Shown here: positions 29,081 to 38,975 of the stretch, piece after piece | Layout of the letters: each line of letters begins with the position of its first letter | Numbering within the stretch: position 1 is the stretch's first letter | Assembly (NCBI GenBank): GCA_964500725.1 | Contig: CAZCNP010000002.1 | Span: forward strand, 5,347-69,346 | Direction: 5' to 3' | Length of the DNA stretch: 64,000 bases | DNA from: an uncultured Gammaproteobacteria bacterium | GTDB lineage: Bacteria > Patescibacteriota > Microgenomatia > Daviesbacterales > UBA10151 | The notes under the pieces: generated by a model | What the model was told of the DNA's origin: nothing | The model's database searches: none | The model's input: only the letters and a program-made list of their open reading frames with translations | Program-made: the position numbers and the translations under genes

Positions 29081-31087
29081 ATGGAATTTATCATAAATAA
29101 TACAAACTTAATTATCTGGGCTGCAGTTGTTGCTGCTGTTGCTTATGGCTTCTGGCTTGTTTTTGATATTTTAAAAAAAGATGCTGGGGATGCAAAGATG
29201 CAAGAGATTGCTTCAGCCATCCAAGAAGGGGCTGCAGCATATTTGCAAAGACAATACAAAGTAGTAGCTTTAGTGGCTGTAGGCTTGGGGGCTTTAATTT
29301 ACTTTGCCTTAGGACAAAATACTGCTATTGGATTTTTAGTAGGAGCTGCGTTATCAGCCTTGGCTGGTTTTATTGGAATGAGTATTGCAGTTAGAGCAAA
29401 TGTAAGAGTGGCCCAGGAGGCTAAAAAGGGTTTATCAGAGGCTTTCATCTTAGCTTATAAAGGTGGGGCTGTTACAGGATTTTTAGTAGTAGGTTTGGCG
29501 CTGGCTGCTGTTTATGGCTTTTATCAATATACAGGAGGAGATTTAAGATCCTTGATAGGGCTAGGGTTTGGTGGATCGTTGATTTCTGTTTTTGCTAGGC
29601 TTGGAGGAGGGATTTTTACCAAAGGGGCAGATGTAGGAGCAGATTTGGTGGGAAAAATTGAGGCAGGTATTCCAGAAGATGATCCTCGAAATCCAGCAGT
29701 AATTGCAGATAATGTAGGAGATAATGTTGGTGATGATGCTGGAATGGCTGCGGATATTTTTGAAACCTATATTGTTACAGGAATTGCGACCATGATTTTA
29801 GGTCAACTTCTATTCCCAGGGTATCAAGCTGCAGTGACTTTCCCTCTTCTTATTTTGGCAATGGGAATTTTTGCTTCAGTTGCGGGGTCTTTCTTTGTCA
29901 GACTTTCGGGTAAAAATATTATGGCTGCTTTATATAAAGGCATGATTGCAACTGCTATTTTGTGCGCAATTTTGTTTTATCCAGCCACCTTAGCTTTGAT
30001 GTCTGATAATGGATCTTTTTCTGTTTTGAATTTATACTTGGCAGCTCTTTTAGGGGTAGTGGTAACCGGAGGAATGGTTTTGATTACTGAATACTACACA
30101 AGTACAAAATATGCCGCTGTGCAAAACTTGGCTTTAGCTTCTAAAACAGGTCATGCTACCAATATTATTTCCGGTCTGGCTTTATCCATGCGTTCTACTT
30201 TTTGGCCAATTATTTTAATTTCTGCGGTCGTAATTATAAGCTTTTTGCTTGCTGGGCTTTATGGAATAGCCTTGGCCGGGGTAACAATGCTTTCTTTGGC
30301 AGGAATTGTGGTAGCTATAGATGCATTTGGTCCAATTACAGATAATGCTGGTGGAATTGCTGAGATGGCAAACCTGCCTGCAAAAGTCAGGGGAGTAACA
30401 GATCCTTTAGATGCTGTTGGTAATACTACTAAAGCTGTCACCAAAGGATACGCCATTGGTTCTGCAGCTTTAGCAGCAATGGTTCTATTTACCTCATATG
30501 CTCAGGAATTTTCTATTCAAGGCTCTGAACTACAATTTTCCTTGTCTGATCCTAAGGTATTAGTGGGACTTTTTGTAGGGGGGTCTTTGCCTTATCTTTT
30601 TGCCTCATTTGCTATGGAAGCTGTAGGAAAAGCTGGTGGGGCAGTAGTAGAGGAAGTAAGAAGACAGTTTAAGTCTATTAAAGGCATTATGGAGGGTACA
30701 GCCAAGCCAGATTATGCCAAATGTGTAGATATTGTGACTGCTTCAGCTCAAAAACAGATGTTAGTACCCGCTTTAATTCCTGTTTTGTCTCCTATAATTA
30801 TTGGGTTTACCTTGGGTCCGGTTGCTTTGGGAGGAATGTTGGTAGGCTCAATTGTGACTGGTATTTTTGTGGCTGTATCTATGACCACAGGAGGAGCTGC
30901 TTGGGATAATGCCAAAAAATATATAGAATCTGGTAAATTTGGGGGTAAAGGTTCAGATGCTCATAAAGCTGCAGTTACAGGTGATACAGTAGGAGATCCA
31001 TATAAAGATACAGCAGGTCCAGCTATTAATCCGATGATAAAAGTAGTGAACATAGTAGCACTTTTATTAGTTCCTTTTCTTAAATGA
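29081..31087 (+). CDS. hppA: Membrane H+-translocating pyrophosphatase, K+-independent type
   Basis: [26 protein letters not shown] (Lys variant), [10 protein letters not shown]. Confidence 0.95.
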   Translation: MEFIINNTNLIIWAAVVAAVAYGFWLVFDILKKDAGDAKMQEIASAIQEGAAAYLQRQYKVVALVAVGLGALIYFALGQNTAIGFLVGAALSALAGFIGMSIAVRANVRVAQEAKKGLSEAFILAYKGGAVTGFLVVGLALAAVYGFYQYTGGDLRSLIGLGFGGSLISVFARLGGGIFTKGADVGADLVGKIEAGIPEDDPRNPAVIADNVGDNVGDDAGMAADIFETYIVTGIATMILGQLLFPGYQAAVTFPLLILAMGIFASVAGSFFVRLSGKNIMAALYKGMIATAILCAILFYPATLALMSDNGSFSVLNLYLAALLGVVVTGGMVLITEYYTSTKYAAVQNLALASKTGHATNIISGLALSMRSTFWPIILISAVVIISFLLAGLYGIALAGVTMLSLAGIVVAIDAFGPITDNAGGIAEMANLPAKVRGVTDPLDAVGNTTKAVTKGYAIGSAALAAMVLFTSYAQEFSIQGSELQFSLSDPKVLVGLFVGGSLPYLFASFAMEAVGKAGGAVVEEVRRQFKSIKGIMEGTAKPDYAKCVDIVTASAQKQMLVPALIPVLSPIIIGFTLGPVALGGMLVGSIVTGIFVAVSMTTGGAAWDNAKKYIESGKFGGKGSDAHKAAVTGDTVGDPYKDTAGPAINPMIKVVNIVALLLVPFLK

Positions 31088-31103
31088 ACTTCTAAAAGCA
31101 TTT

Positions 31104-31523
31104 TTAGGTTTGGGTTGGACTTGGAGGAGGGGTAGGTTGACTATTGCCAAAGAGGGCATGTTTGACCTCAGTTATTACTTGATCTGGGGTATAGGAAGCT
31201 TTAATTAGATATGCTTGAGCTCCTAGTTCAAAACCTTCTTTAATAACTGCTTCTTGACCCAAGTTTGTTAACAGTATGGTAATCATTTTTGAGTTGGGAT
31301 TGTGAGTCTTAAACTCTCTTAAAAGCTGCAAACCATTCATTCCTGGAAGCATAATATCCAAAAGCAGTAGATCAAAAACCTCATTTTTTAACATTTCCAG
31401 TCCTGCTTGTCCATCTATTGCACTTTTGACTGCAAAACCTGCTTTAGTAAGTTGTCTGGTGTATAGCTCCCTGATAAAATCTTCATCTTCAACCAGTAAG
31501 ATTTTTTTAGCTGCTGGATCCAT
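31104..31523 (-). CDS. Single-domain response regulator
   Basis: LVEDE, LLDIMLP, YLIK. Confidence 0.88.
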   Translation of the reverse strand: MDPAAKKILLVEDEDFIRELYTRQLTKAGFAVKSAIDGQAGLEMLKNEVFDLLLLDIMLPGMNGLQLLREFKTHNPNSKMITILLTNLGQEAVIKEGFELGAQAYLIKASYTPDQVITEVKHALFGNSQPTPPPSPTQT

Positions 31524-31548
31524 ATCTCATATATTGTATAGTAAATCC

Positions 31549-33018
31549 TTAATAATTCAAAGCCCCTGATTGTATAGATTGAGAAACAAATTTATTATTA
31601 TCTAGAATACCAGCACTTTGGGTGAGGATAGGAAGGGTAAAGGAAAATTTACTGCCTTTTCCTGGTTGAGACTCTACCCAGATTTTGCCATGCAGTTTTT
31701 CGATAATCGATTTAGTGATATATAGCCCCAAACCAGTTCCTTTGTTTGATTTTTGTAATTGGTTAGAGACTCGGAAAAATTTTCCGAAAAGATGTGGCAA
31801 GGCTTCTGCAGGAATACCAGCTCCATTATCAGAAATGGTAGTTTGAACTTCAGCAGGTGAAGAAGTAATTAGAATCTCTATTTTTCCTCCAGGGTTGGTG
31901 TAGTTGATAGCATTAGACACAAGATTTGTAACAACTTCAGCAAGTCTGATTGGGTCAGCCAATACTTTAGGTAATGGTTGAGCAGGAGAATTTATGTTGA
32001 CCAGAATATTTTTTTGGGTTGCTTGGTTTTTTAAATCATCAATGACTTTGGAAACAATGGGTAAATACTCAATTGGTTCAGGAGAGACTGATAGTTGATC
32101 TTTTTCTATTTTATTAACATTTAATAAATTGGCAATTAAAGTTTGAAGTTGTTGAGCAGCGGTAAAGGCATTATCCAAAAGAGATAAACTCTCTTGAGGG
32201 ATTTTGGTTCTATTTTCATCTAAGAATACTGACAAATAACCAACGATGGATGTAAGCGGGGTTTTTAACTCATGTGAGGCCATTGAAACAAAATCCAATT
32301 TCATTTGTTCTAATTCTTCTGCTTGAGACAGATCATGCAAAATTAGGACACAATTTAAGCTGGTTTGGAAAGTGCTACCTACTTGAGCAGCCATAACATT
32401 AACTTTAGTTTGTTTGCCATCTTTACCCACTAATTTAACACTTTGATTAAAGCTCCCTTGGCAATAGGTTTTGGACATAACTTCATCTGTACCAGCAAAA
32501 AGATGAATAAATTGCTCTATTGGTTTGGCTTGAACCTCTACCTGTGTATAGCCAGTTAATTCCTGAGCAGCTTGATTTACCAGGATAATGTTTCTATTAA
32601 AATCTAGGGCAATAATTCCATCTGTTACCGAAGAAATAACTTTGTCTAACTTATCCTTTCCAGCAATAGCAATTGTCTTATCAGTCTCAAGTTTTTGAAA
32701 TGTTTTGGCGATTTTGTCTGCCATCTGATTAAAAGTGTTTCCTACTTCTTCAAATTCATCACCTGATTTTAAATCAATGCGTTGGTTGAAATTTCCATCA
32801 GCAAAGGTTTTAATACTTTTTACCAGATCAGCTAGTGGTTTTAAGAGCAAAAATAAAACTAAAACAGAAACAGCTGCACAAATTAGAGTTACTAAAATGT
32901 AAAATTCAGAAGACAGGGTAACAAACAGACTTAGTATAGAAGGAAAGAGTGTGGTAACTGTTGCCACTAGGGCAACTTTGATACGCAGACCCTTTTTGGG
33001 TTTGGCAGACGGGTTCAT
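31549..33018 (-). CDS. Sensor histidine kinase (2TM-HAMP-PAS-HisKA-HATPase)
   Basis: SHELKTPL, NLVSNAINY, DNGAGI, GTGLGL; start moved to the ATG at 33018, behind TTGACC-17-TACGCT. Confidence 0.92.
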   Translation of the reverse strand: MNPSAKPKKGLRIKVALVATVTTLFPSILSLFVTLSSEFYILVTLICAAVSVLVLFLLLKPLADLVKSIKTFADGNFNQRIDLKSGDEFEEVGNTFNQMADKIAKTFQKLETDKTIAIAGKDKLDKVISSVTDGIIALDFNRNIILVNQAAQELTGYTQVEVQAKPIEQFIHLFAGTDEVMSKTYCQGSFNQSVKLVGKDGKQTKVNVMAAQVGSTFQTSLNCVLILHDLSQAEELEQMKLDFVSMASHELKTPLTSIVGYLSVFLDENRTKIPQESLSLLDNAFTAAQQLQTLIANLLNVNKIEKDQLSVSPEPIEYLPIVSKVIDDLKNQATQKNILVNINSPAQPLPKVLADPIRLAEVVTNLVSNAINYTNPGGKIEILITSSPAEVQTTISDNGAGIPAEALPHLFGKFFRVSNQLQKSNKGTGLGLYITKSIIEKLHGKIWVESQPGKGSKFSFTLPILTQSAGILDNNKFVSQSIQSGALNY

Positions 33019-33080
33019 ATTGTTAAGCGTATCAAATGCATGATTTGAGGTCAAGGAATTTGGTATAATCCTCAAGTAAC

Positions 33081-33154
33081 GCCGCCATCGTCTAGTGGCC
33101 TAGGACATCGGATTCTCATTCCGAAAATCACGGGTTCAACTCCCGTTGGCGGTA
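33081..33154 (+). tRNA. tRNA-Glu(CTC), CCA not encoded
   Basis: Acceptor GCCGCCA/TGGCGGT; anticodon arm TCGGA-TTCTCAT-TCCGA; T arm ACGGG-TTCAACT-CCCGT; upstream TGgTATAAT. Confidence 0.95.
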
Positions 33155-33171
33155 CAAATTTGGGGTATTTG

Positions 33172-33606
33172 TTAGGATTGCCAGCCTTCATAGGCATAGT
33201 AGTCACCGAAATTACTAACACAAACAAAAGGGGTATTTTTAAGCATATTTGCAGCATGGGAGGGAGAATTAATCCACATATTAACTGGGTTTTGACCACT
33301 AGGCGCCCAAGCTAGGTTTTCTGTAACCTGTTTATAGCGTGGGTAAGGTAAAGTTTTGTCTTTTACTCTGCTATAAAATCCTGTGTGGCTAAAGTTGCCG
33401 GTAATTTCTTGAGCTCGTAATCGAGCAAAGCTACAAGCTAAAGGATTAGTTTTGACAACTGTAAGCCCTTTTGATTGACGATATGAATTTATGGCGGTTA
33501 ATAAATCGTATTCTTTGTAACTTGCAAAAACAGATTTTGTAGGAATCCAAAAAAGGGCGCTGAAAGACAAGATTAATGCCAAAGATAGGACAGACGGACG
33601 AGGCAT
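33172..33606 (-). CDS. Secreted CAP/SCP-domain protein
   Basis: INSYRQSKGL, FSH, ENLA, WINSPSHAANML. Confidence 0.88.
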   Translation of the reverse strand: MPRPSVLSLALILSFSALFWIPTKSVFASYKEYDLLTAINSYRQSKGLTVVKTNPLACSFARLRAQEITGNFSHTGFYSRVKDKTLPYPRYKQVTENLAWAPSGQNPVNMWINSPSHAANMLKNTPFVCVSNFGDYYAYEGWQS

Positions 33607-33684
33607 AGAGTTGACGAGTATACCACAGTGTCAACAGTAACGTCAATTTTTACACCCCAAAAAAACTCCCTAGAAACTAGAGCT

Positions 33685-34479
33685 TCATTTCCTCTTTAAA
33701 CCCATTTTTATCAGTCCGCTTCCTGACAATAAAGACAATGCGCCCATTAAAACCCAAGTAGTTTCTGGTCCAGTTTCAGGTAACTGCGCTGATGCTCCTA
33801 ATACAGCGCCAGGAAGAGGAGTTGAGGTTGGCGCTGTTGCTGATGCTCCTAAGACTGCTCCGGTATTCTCAGTTGGAGATGAGGAATTGGATGTGTCTGA
33901 TGTACTAGAGCTAGTTGTTGATGTTGGAGAGGCTGAGGGTGTAGAGGTTGGTGATGGGGTAGCAGAGGCAGAAGGTGTAGGAGTAGGGGAAGGAGTTGGT
34001 TCGGGTGTGGGTGATGAAGATGGTTCAGCTGTAGGTGAGACAGTTGGAGCTGGTGTAGGGCTGGGTATGGAGTAGATAACATCAACATGTGATAGCCCCT
34101 GGCAAGTATCAGATGGTGTTCCAATTCTTTCTACGGTGACAGCAGATGTGCCTACACCAGAAATCTGATAACACCCATTTTCATAAGTGCCATTACCAAG
34201 CAGTGTGCTATGTTTATCAGGCGTAAACATATTATTTCCTGATTTTATACAAACTCCATCAATAATATTTCCGTCTGGTGCAGTAAAGGATAGAATACTA
34301 TCATTCCCTGTTAAATTAGCGTTAGGACTTTCGCATTCTGCAGGGGAACCGGTGCCTTCTGCTGAGGTATTAGTTGAAGGAGATAATGCTATCAGGATTG
34401 CTCCTAAAGAGATTGCTCCAATTGTAATTCCTCTTTTTAAATTTATAGAATTAGATTTTTTAGAAGTGATGTCCTGCAT
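33685..34479 (-). CDS. LPXTG cell-wall-anchored Ser/Thr/Pro-rich protein
   Basis: Signal peptide, Cys-containing domain, PT/ST linker, LPETG-TM-KRK; start moved to the ATG at 34479. Confidence 0.85.
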   Translation of the reverse strand: MQDITSKKSNSINLKRGITIGAISLGAILIALSPSTNTSAEGTGSPAECESPNANLTGNDSILSFTAPDGNIIDGVCIKSGNNMFTPDKHSTLLGNGTYENGCYQISGVGTSAVTVERIGTPSDTCQGLSHVDVIYSIPSPTPAPTVSPTAEPSSSPTPEPTPSPTPTPSASATPSPTSTPSASPTSTTSSSTSDTSNSSSPTENTGAVLGASATAPTSTPLPGAVLGASAQLPETGPETTWVLMGALSLLSGSGLIKMGLKRK

Positions 34480-34540
34480 TAGTTTTAATTTAATTTTGTG
34501 ATAATTATGACTTATGCTTTTAATAAAAAAATTAAAAAAA

Positions 34541-34557
34541 GGTAAGAGTCCTGTAAC
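34541..34557 (-). promoter_or_regulatory. OmpR-family direct-repeat box upstream of the LPETG gene
   Basis: GGTAAG-N5-TGTAAC (+ strand), 31 nt from -10 CATAAT. Confidence 0.5.
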
Positions 34558-34559
34558 AT

Positions 34560-35177
34560 TTAGATTCTTAGACGAGCTATTACCAGCAATCTTTTTAAGG
34601 AAGTGCCTGGTGGCCAACAAGTCATTAGAGTAAGTGACTGTCCTTTTTCAACGGTTTGGAGATATCTTACTTCTGAAGAATCAATAATCTTTTTTTCAGT
34701 GACAATATATTTATATCTTTTGCCTTGGTAAAAAAGATATATTTCATTACCAGTATCTAGCTTATTAATTAAGTAAAAGACAGCATTATAATAAGAAATA
34801 AAAGGGCTACTTGTGGAATGGGCGAAAATAAAAATATTTCCATTATTTGAAGGTAAGGCGCTGCCTTTGGCATGGGCTACCCCCTTACTTAATGCTACTA
34901 AGTATTCTTCCTTATTATAAGGGTCAACATTTAGAATTACTTTAGAAGTCAGGTCCAGTTTGGGAATGGTTATTCTAAACTCTTGGTTGTTTTGTAAAAG
35001 TTGATCTTGATCAAAATTAAAGTCCTCTATATTTATGGAGTTTAAGAAATATTGAGTTTCTGCAATCGCGATAGGATAAAAGATAAAACCAAAGATTACA
35101 AAAGCTGTAAATATTAGAGTTATTCCACTAATAATTAAGACGTAGTTTGTCTTGTTGTTTTTTAATTGCTTTTTCAC
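34560..35177 (-). CDS. Sortase
   Basis: N-terminal TM, GVAH, FAHS, LTLMTCWPPG...R. Confidence 0.92.
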   Translation of the reverse strand: MKKQLKNNKTNYVLIISGITLIFTAFVIFGFIFYPIAIAETQYFLNSINIEDFNFDQDQLLQNNQEFRITIPKLDLTSKVILNVDPYNKEEYLVALSKGVAHAKGSALPSNNGNIFIFAHSTSSPFISYYNAVFYLINKLDTGNEIYLFYQGKRYKYIVTEKKIIDSSEVRYLQTVEKGQSLTLMTCWPPGTSLKRLLVIARLRI

Positions 35178-35238
35178 AAAACCCCCTGCTTTCTTGAGGT
35201 AAGTTTATATTTATTTATTAATTAGAAGTATCTTTTTA

Positions 35239-35255
35239 TGTAAGAACAGTGTAAT
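35239..35255 (-). promoter_or_regulatory. OmpR-family direct-repeat box upstream of the sortase
   Basis: TGTAAG-N5-TGTAAT (+ strand), 31 nt from -10 TAAACT. Confidence 0.55.
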
Positions 35256-35335
35256 AAATGAGGTTTTTGTATTGAGTTAATTACTTTCTGTTGATATAAT
35301 TTGTGCAAATTTTGTAAGAGCTACTTTATTTTGTT

Positions 35336-36007
35336 ATGATAAATAAGATACTTATTGTAGAAGATGATACAGGTTTACAGAAATACTTAAAGGAGTTGTT
35401 TTCGGATAATCAGTATTTGGTACAAATCTCTACTGACGGAGTAATGGCTTTAAATACTATCGCTAAATCACCTCCAGATTTGATTATCTTGGATTTAGGG
35501 TTGCCGAACATGAGCGGCGAGTCGGTTTTAAAAGAGGTGAGGAAAAAGTATCAAGATTTACCGGTAATAATTTTGACAGCAAGAGATAATGTTTCAGATA
35601 TTGTGCAGGGATTAAATATTGGGGCTGATGATTATATAACCAAACCTTTTGTTGCTGATGAACTTTTGGCCAGAGCTAAGGCCAGACTGCGTGTTAGCGG
35701 GGAGGCTGATACAAAGCTTCGTGTCGCTGATTTAGAGCTTGATGAGAAAACATTAGAAATTAAAAGGGGAAGCAGAAGTATTCAGTTGACTCCTCAGGAG
35801 TTTAAACTGCTTGAATATTTAATGCGTAATAAAGGCAGGATCCTAACTCGTGAAATGATTTTAAATAGAGTTTGGTTATACTCCCAGGATATTGAAACAA
35901 GAGTGGTAGATGTTTATATGGGTTATTTAAGAAGAAAAATTGATCAAGGATTTGATAAGAAACTATTGCGTTCAGTGAGGGGTTTTGGTTATATGATAAA
36001 GGAGTAA
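35336..36007 (+). CDS. OmpR/PhoB-family response regulator
   Basis: Receiver domain (LDLGLP, GADDYITKPF) plus winged helix (VDVYMGYLRRKI, VRGFGY). Confidence 0.93.
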   Translation: MINKILIVEDDTGLQKYLKELFSDNQYLVQISTDGVMALNTIAKSPPDLIILDLGLPNMSGESVLKEVRKKYQDLPVIILTARDNVSDIVQGLNIGADDYITKPFVADELLARAKARLRVSGEADTKLRVADLELDEKTLEIKRGSRSIQLTPQEFKLLEYLMRNKGRILTREMILNRVWLYSQDIETRVVDVYMGYLRRKIDQGFDKKLLRSVRGFGYMIKE

Positions 36008-36097
36008 CAAAGTTTGACAATCCCTTAAACTTCAATTAAAATTTTCGAGACCAAGCTTATTAAGATGGTGAAAATATTAAAGGGACAAACTAAAAAA

Positions 36098-36556
36098 ATG
36101 AAACAGGTATATTTGACTGCTCAGGGTTTATCTGAGACTAAAACAGAACTGGAATTTTTAAAATATACAAAAAGGTCTCAGATTGCTGAGATAATCCACC
36201 AAGCCAGGGAATATGGGGATTTAGCTGAAAATTCAGAATATGATGCAGCTCTAGAAGAGCAGGCAATGACAGAAAGCCGTATTGCAGAACTGGAGAATAT
36301 TTTAAAAGATGCAAAAGTGATAGAGAGTAAAACCCAGCAAGATTTTGTAGTGATTGGTTCAACAGTCAAAATTGAAATGGATGATGGGATTGATGAATTT
36401 ACTATAGTAGGAAGAGTTGAGGCAGATCCAGCAAAAAAAAGGATCTCTAATGAGTCACCTTTAGGAACAGCTCTCTTAGGAGCAAAAAAGGGAGAAGTAG
36501 TAGAGGTAGCAACGCCGATAGTTAGATATAAGTGCAAGGTGTTGGAGATAAAGTGA
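36098..36556 (+). CDS. greA: Transcription elongation factor GreA
   Basis: GDLAENSEY, ISNESPLG.ALLG (alternative start 36065). Confidence 0.95.
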   Translation: MKQVYLTAQGLSETKTELEFLKYTKRSQIAEIIHQAREYGDLAENSEYDAALEEQAMTESRIAELENILKDAKVIESKTQQDFVVIGSTVKIEMDDGIDEFTIVGRVEADPAKKRISNESPLGTALLGAKKGEVVEVATPIVRYKCKVLEIK

Positions 36557-37866
36557 TGATGAATTCTAACGAGAAACCTCTAATTGAGTTTAATCCTAAG
36601 TTGCCTAAGCTTTCTAAAAATGAAAGAGAAGTTTTAAAGCTTTTAGTAGAAGCAGCTAAGCAGGTTGCGCCTGTTTATTTAGAGCAAGAAAAAGCAGTTA
36701 AAAAAGAGATAGATGAAGAAAAATTACAAAAAGCAGCCAGAATTGATTCATCAGTTTTATCTCCTTACACCGTTGTTGAAGAAATTGATGGAAAGGTAGT
36801 AGCGACTCCTTATCATATAAAATACGCCGCATTGTTAAAACCTATTTCAGAAAAGTTAGAAGAAGCAGCTCGTATTACTGGTAATAAAGAATTTGGCAAG
36901 GCTTTAAAGCTGCAAGCACAAGCTTTAACTGATGGAAATTATGAGAAAGCAGTTGCTGTGTGGCTTAAGATTAAACCGTATATATTAGACGTTACAATCG
37001 GCCCTCTCCACTACTTTAATCGGCTTATTCCTGGAAAAGCTGTTTATCAAGCTTGGGTGGGGATATTGGATACAGAAGGTACAAAGAGATTAAATAACTA
37101 CAAAACTATAGTTTTTAATGAAAGCAGAAAAGCATTAGTGCCAAACGAGCGAGTAGAGAATTTTAATCATGTTAAAGCAAAAACAATTGATGAGGTAGTA
37201 CTAGCAGGACTGATAGCCAGACACAAATTTGTGGGGTTTAATTTACCAATGGAGATAGATCTAGTGGAAAAATATGGTTCAGAGGTAACAATTTTTAATC
37301 AAAGCAATAATTGGAGAATAAAAGAACAAATCATGCCGACTTTTAATAAAATTTTCTCCCCAGTATTTAGAGAAGGATTTACTCCAGAAGATTTAAGGAG
37401 AGCCAGCTTGCGTTATGTAGCCTTACATGAACTGGCTCATAGCTATTTGTACTACAGAAATTCTGTTAAAAACCTTCAGGATTTGTTTTCTGTAATTTTT
37501 GAGCTTACTGCTACTTTACTGGGATTGAGAATAGCAGGTTCGTTGCTATTGATAGACAGGATTACAAATAAGCAGCTTGAATCAATGATTGTGGCGTTTG
37601 TATGTAGAAGTATTAATCTAATTGAAAATAGCAAACACGATAAATCTATGAGCAAGTATGCCCTAGGAGGTGTACTTTTTATTAACTATATGCTTGAGAG
37701 TGGAGCTATCAAACAAAAAGGAGGATTTGCAATAACCAATTTTACCAAGATTTTTCTTTCTCTGCATGAATTATCCTATATAATGGAGCGGTTGCTTTCT
37801 TCAGGAACCAGGGCAGATGCTGAAACTTTTACTAAAAGGTATGGACAATTAAGTGAAATCTCATAA
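36556..37866 (+). CDS. M49/DPP-III-like (NUDT3-type) metallopeptidase homologue
   Basis: LS.NE..VL..LV.AA N-terminus, PYT.V, D.TIGP, NLP, LHELAH. Confidence 0.65.
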   Translation: MMNSNEKPLIEFNPKLPKLSKNEREVLKLLVEAAKQVAPVYLEQEKAVKKEIDEEKLQKAARIDSSVLSPYTVVEEIDGKVVATPYHIKYAALLKPISEKLEEAARITGNKEFGKALKLQAQALTDGNYEKAVAVWLKIKPYILDVTIGPLHYFNRLIPGKAVYQAWVGILDTEGTKRLNNYKTIVFNESRKALVPNERVENFNHVKAKTIDEVVLAGLIARHKFVGFNLPMEIDLVEKYGSEVTIFNQSNNWRIKEQIMPTFNKIFSPVFREGFTPEDLRRASLRYVALHELAHSYLYYRNSVKNLQDLFSVIFELTATLLGLRIAGSLLLIDRITNKQLESMIVAFVCRSINLIENSKHDKSMSKYALGGVLFINYMLESGAIKQKGGFAITNFTKIFLSLHELSYIMERLLSSGTRADAETFTKRYGQLSEIS

Positions 37867-37922
37867 AAATTCCTATTTGCCTAGCTTGCAAAATTCCCTC
37901 AAAAAAGTTATAATTTGCAATT

Positions 37923-38933
37923 ATGTTAGAAGCTGATCAACCAGAAAATAGGGTGTCTACCCCTCCGCCATCCCCAAGGTTTATAGAGGGGATAGCAAGT
38001 GGAATAACGAGGTTTGTAACTGGAATAAGAAATGGGGGTTATCGAGATGAGCCTTTAACGCTTGACCCACCACGTGTTCCGCAGAGCGTACGATTAGACT
38101 CACGAGAAGACGAATCAGGAGTGATAACTCTTCGGCCAGGGAATGGTGATGCTATAGTTATCTTTAGCGGATCATCTTTTCTGCAAAATTTCGCTTATTT
38201 GAAAAATGCTTCGGCTACTTTCCTTTGCAGAAATGCGGAGTGGGATCCGGATTTTTGTAAGGCATTAATGGATAAGGGTATGGGAGTAGATGAGTTGACT
38301 TGGGGTGCTAGATTAAACAGCGAAACAATAGCCAGAATCGTAACAAATCCAAAAAAAGAAAGAGAAATTCCAAGCGTTTTTCTATTTAGAGATGAAAACG
38401 CTCCAAAAGGAGATTATTTAGGGGTTTCAGTCCAAAGAAAGACTTTTATTAAGACAGATCTAATCGGAGAGGTGTCAGTTCTTGATAATGTATTAAGAGC
38501 GTTTGAGCCGGGATACAGAGGAAAGCATAGAGGAAGATTGGCTGTAGGATTAGCTTTAATCTGTCATGGAGGAGCTATGTTTTTTATACACAAAACAGGA
38601 AACCCGCTAGCAGCTTATACAAATACCCTGTCTGAGTATCTTGTGCAGGAAGATGCGCATCCCTGGGGTAAGCAAGTTATTACAAATCCTCTTATGCAAG
38701 AAGTTCGCGAAAAAAGCGCTAAGTTTATCTTGTTGCCAGGAAGAATAATGCTTCCAAATGGGGTTATCAAAGGAGATTATCCGAAGCCAAATAGAGGATT
38801 TAATGCAGCTGAGTTGCGTGGAGGCGCATTAGATATGTATAAAAGAATGAAGGAACAACAAGGTATGCGTTTAGAAGAAGATGGAGAAGGTAAAGATTAT
38901 GATTCAGTAGCGCCTCTTTATAGAGTTAGATGA
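37923..38933 (+). CDS. Hypothetical protein, possible degenerate GNAT fold
   Basis: TTGCAA-17-TATAAT promoter; FEPGYRGKHRGR resembles the GNAT motif A. Confidence 0.55.
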   Translation: MLEADQPENRVSTPPPSPRFIEGIASGITRFVTGIRNGGYRDEPLTLDPPRVPQSVRLDSREDESGVITLRPGNGDAIVIFSGSSFLQNFAYLKNASATFLCRNAEWDPDFCKALMDKGMGVDELTWGARLNSETIARIVTNPKKEREIPSVFLFRDENAPKGDYLGVSVQRKTFIKTDLIGEVSVLDNVLRAFEPGYRGKHRGRLAVGLALICHGGAMFFIHKTGNPLAAYTNTLSEYLVQEDAHPWGKQVITNPLMQEVREKSAKFILLPGRIMLPNGVIKGDYPKPNRGFNAAELRGGALDMYKRMKEQQGMRLEEDGEGKDYDSVAPLYRVR

Positions 38934-38975
38934 GTTCTTCTTTAAAAAACTTCTAGCTTCAGCTATACTTTAGGC

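Noticed and set aside
33072-33299. 75-aa minus-strand ORF
   Set aside because: It is the antisense shadow of tRNA-Glu and overlaps the CAP gene.
33081-36060. Possible island integrated at tRNA-Glu
   Set aside because: No integrase, and I found no duplicated tRNA 3' end (att site).
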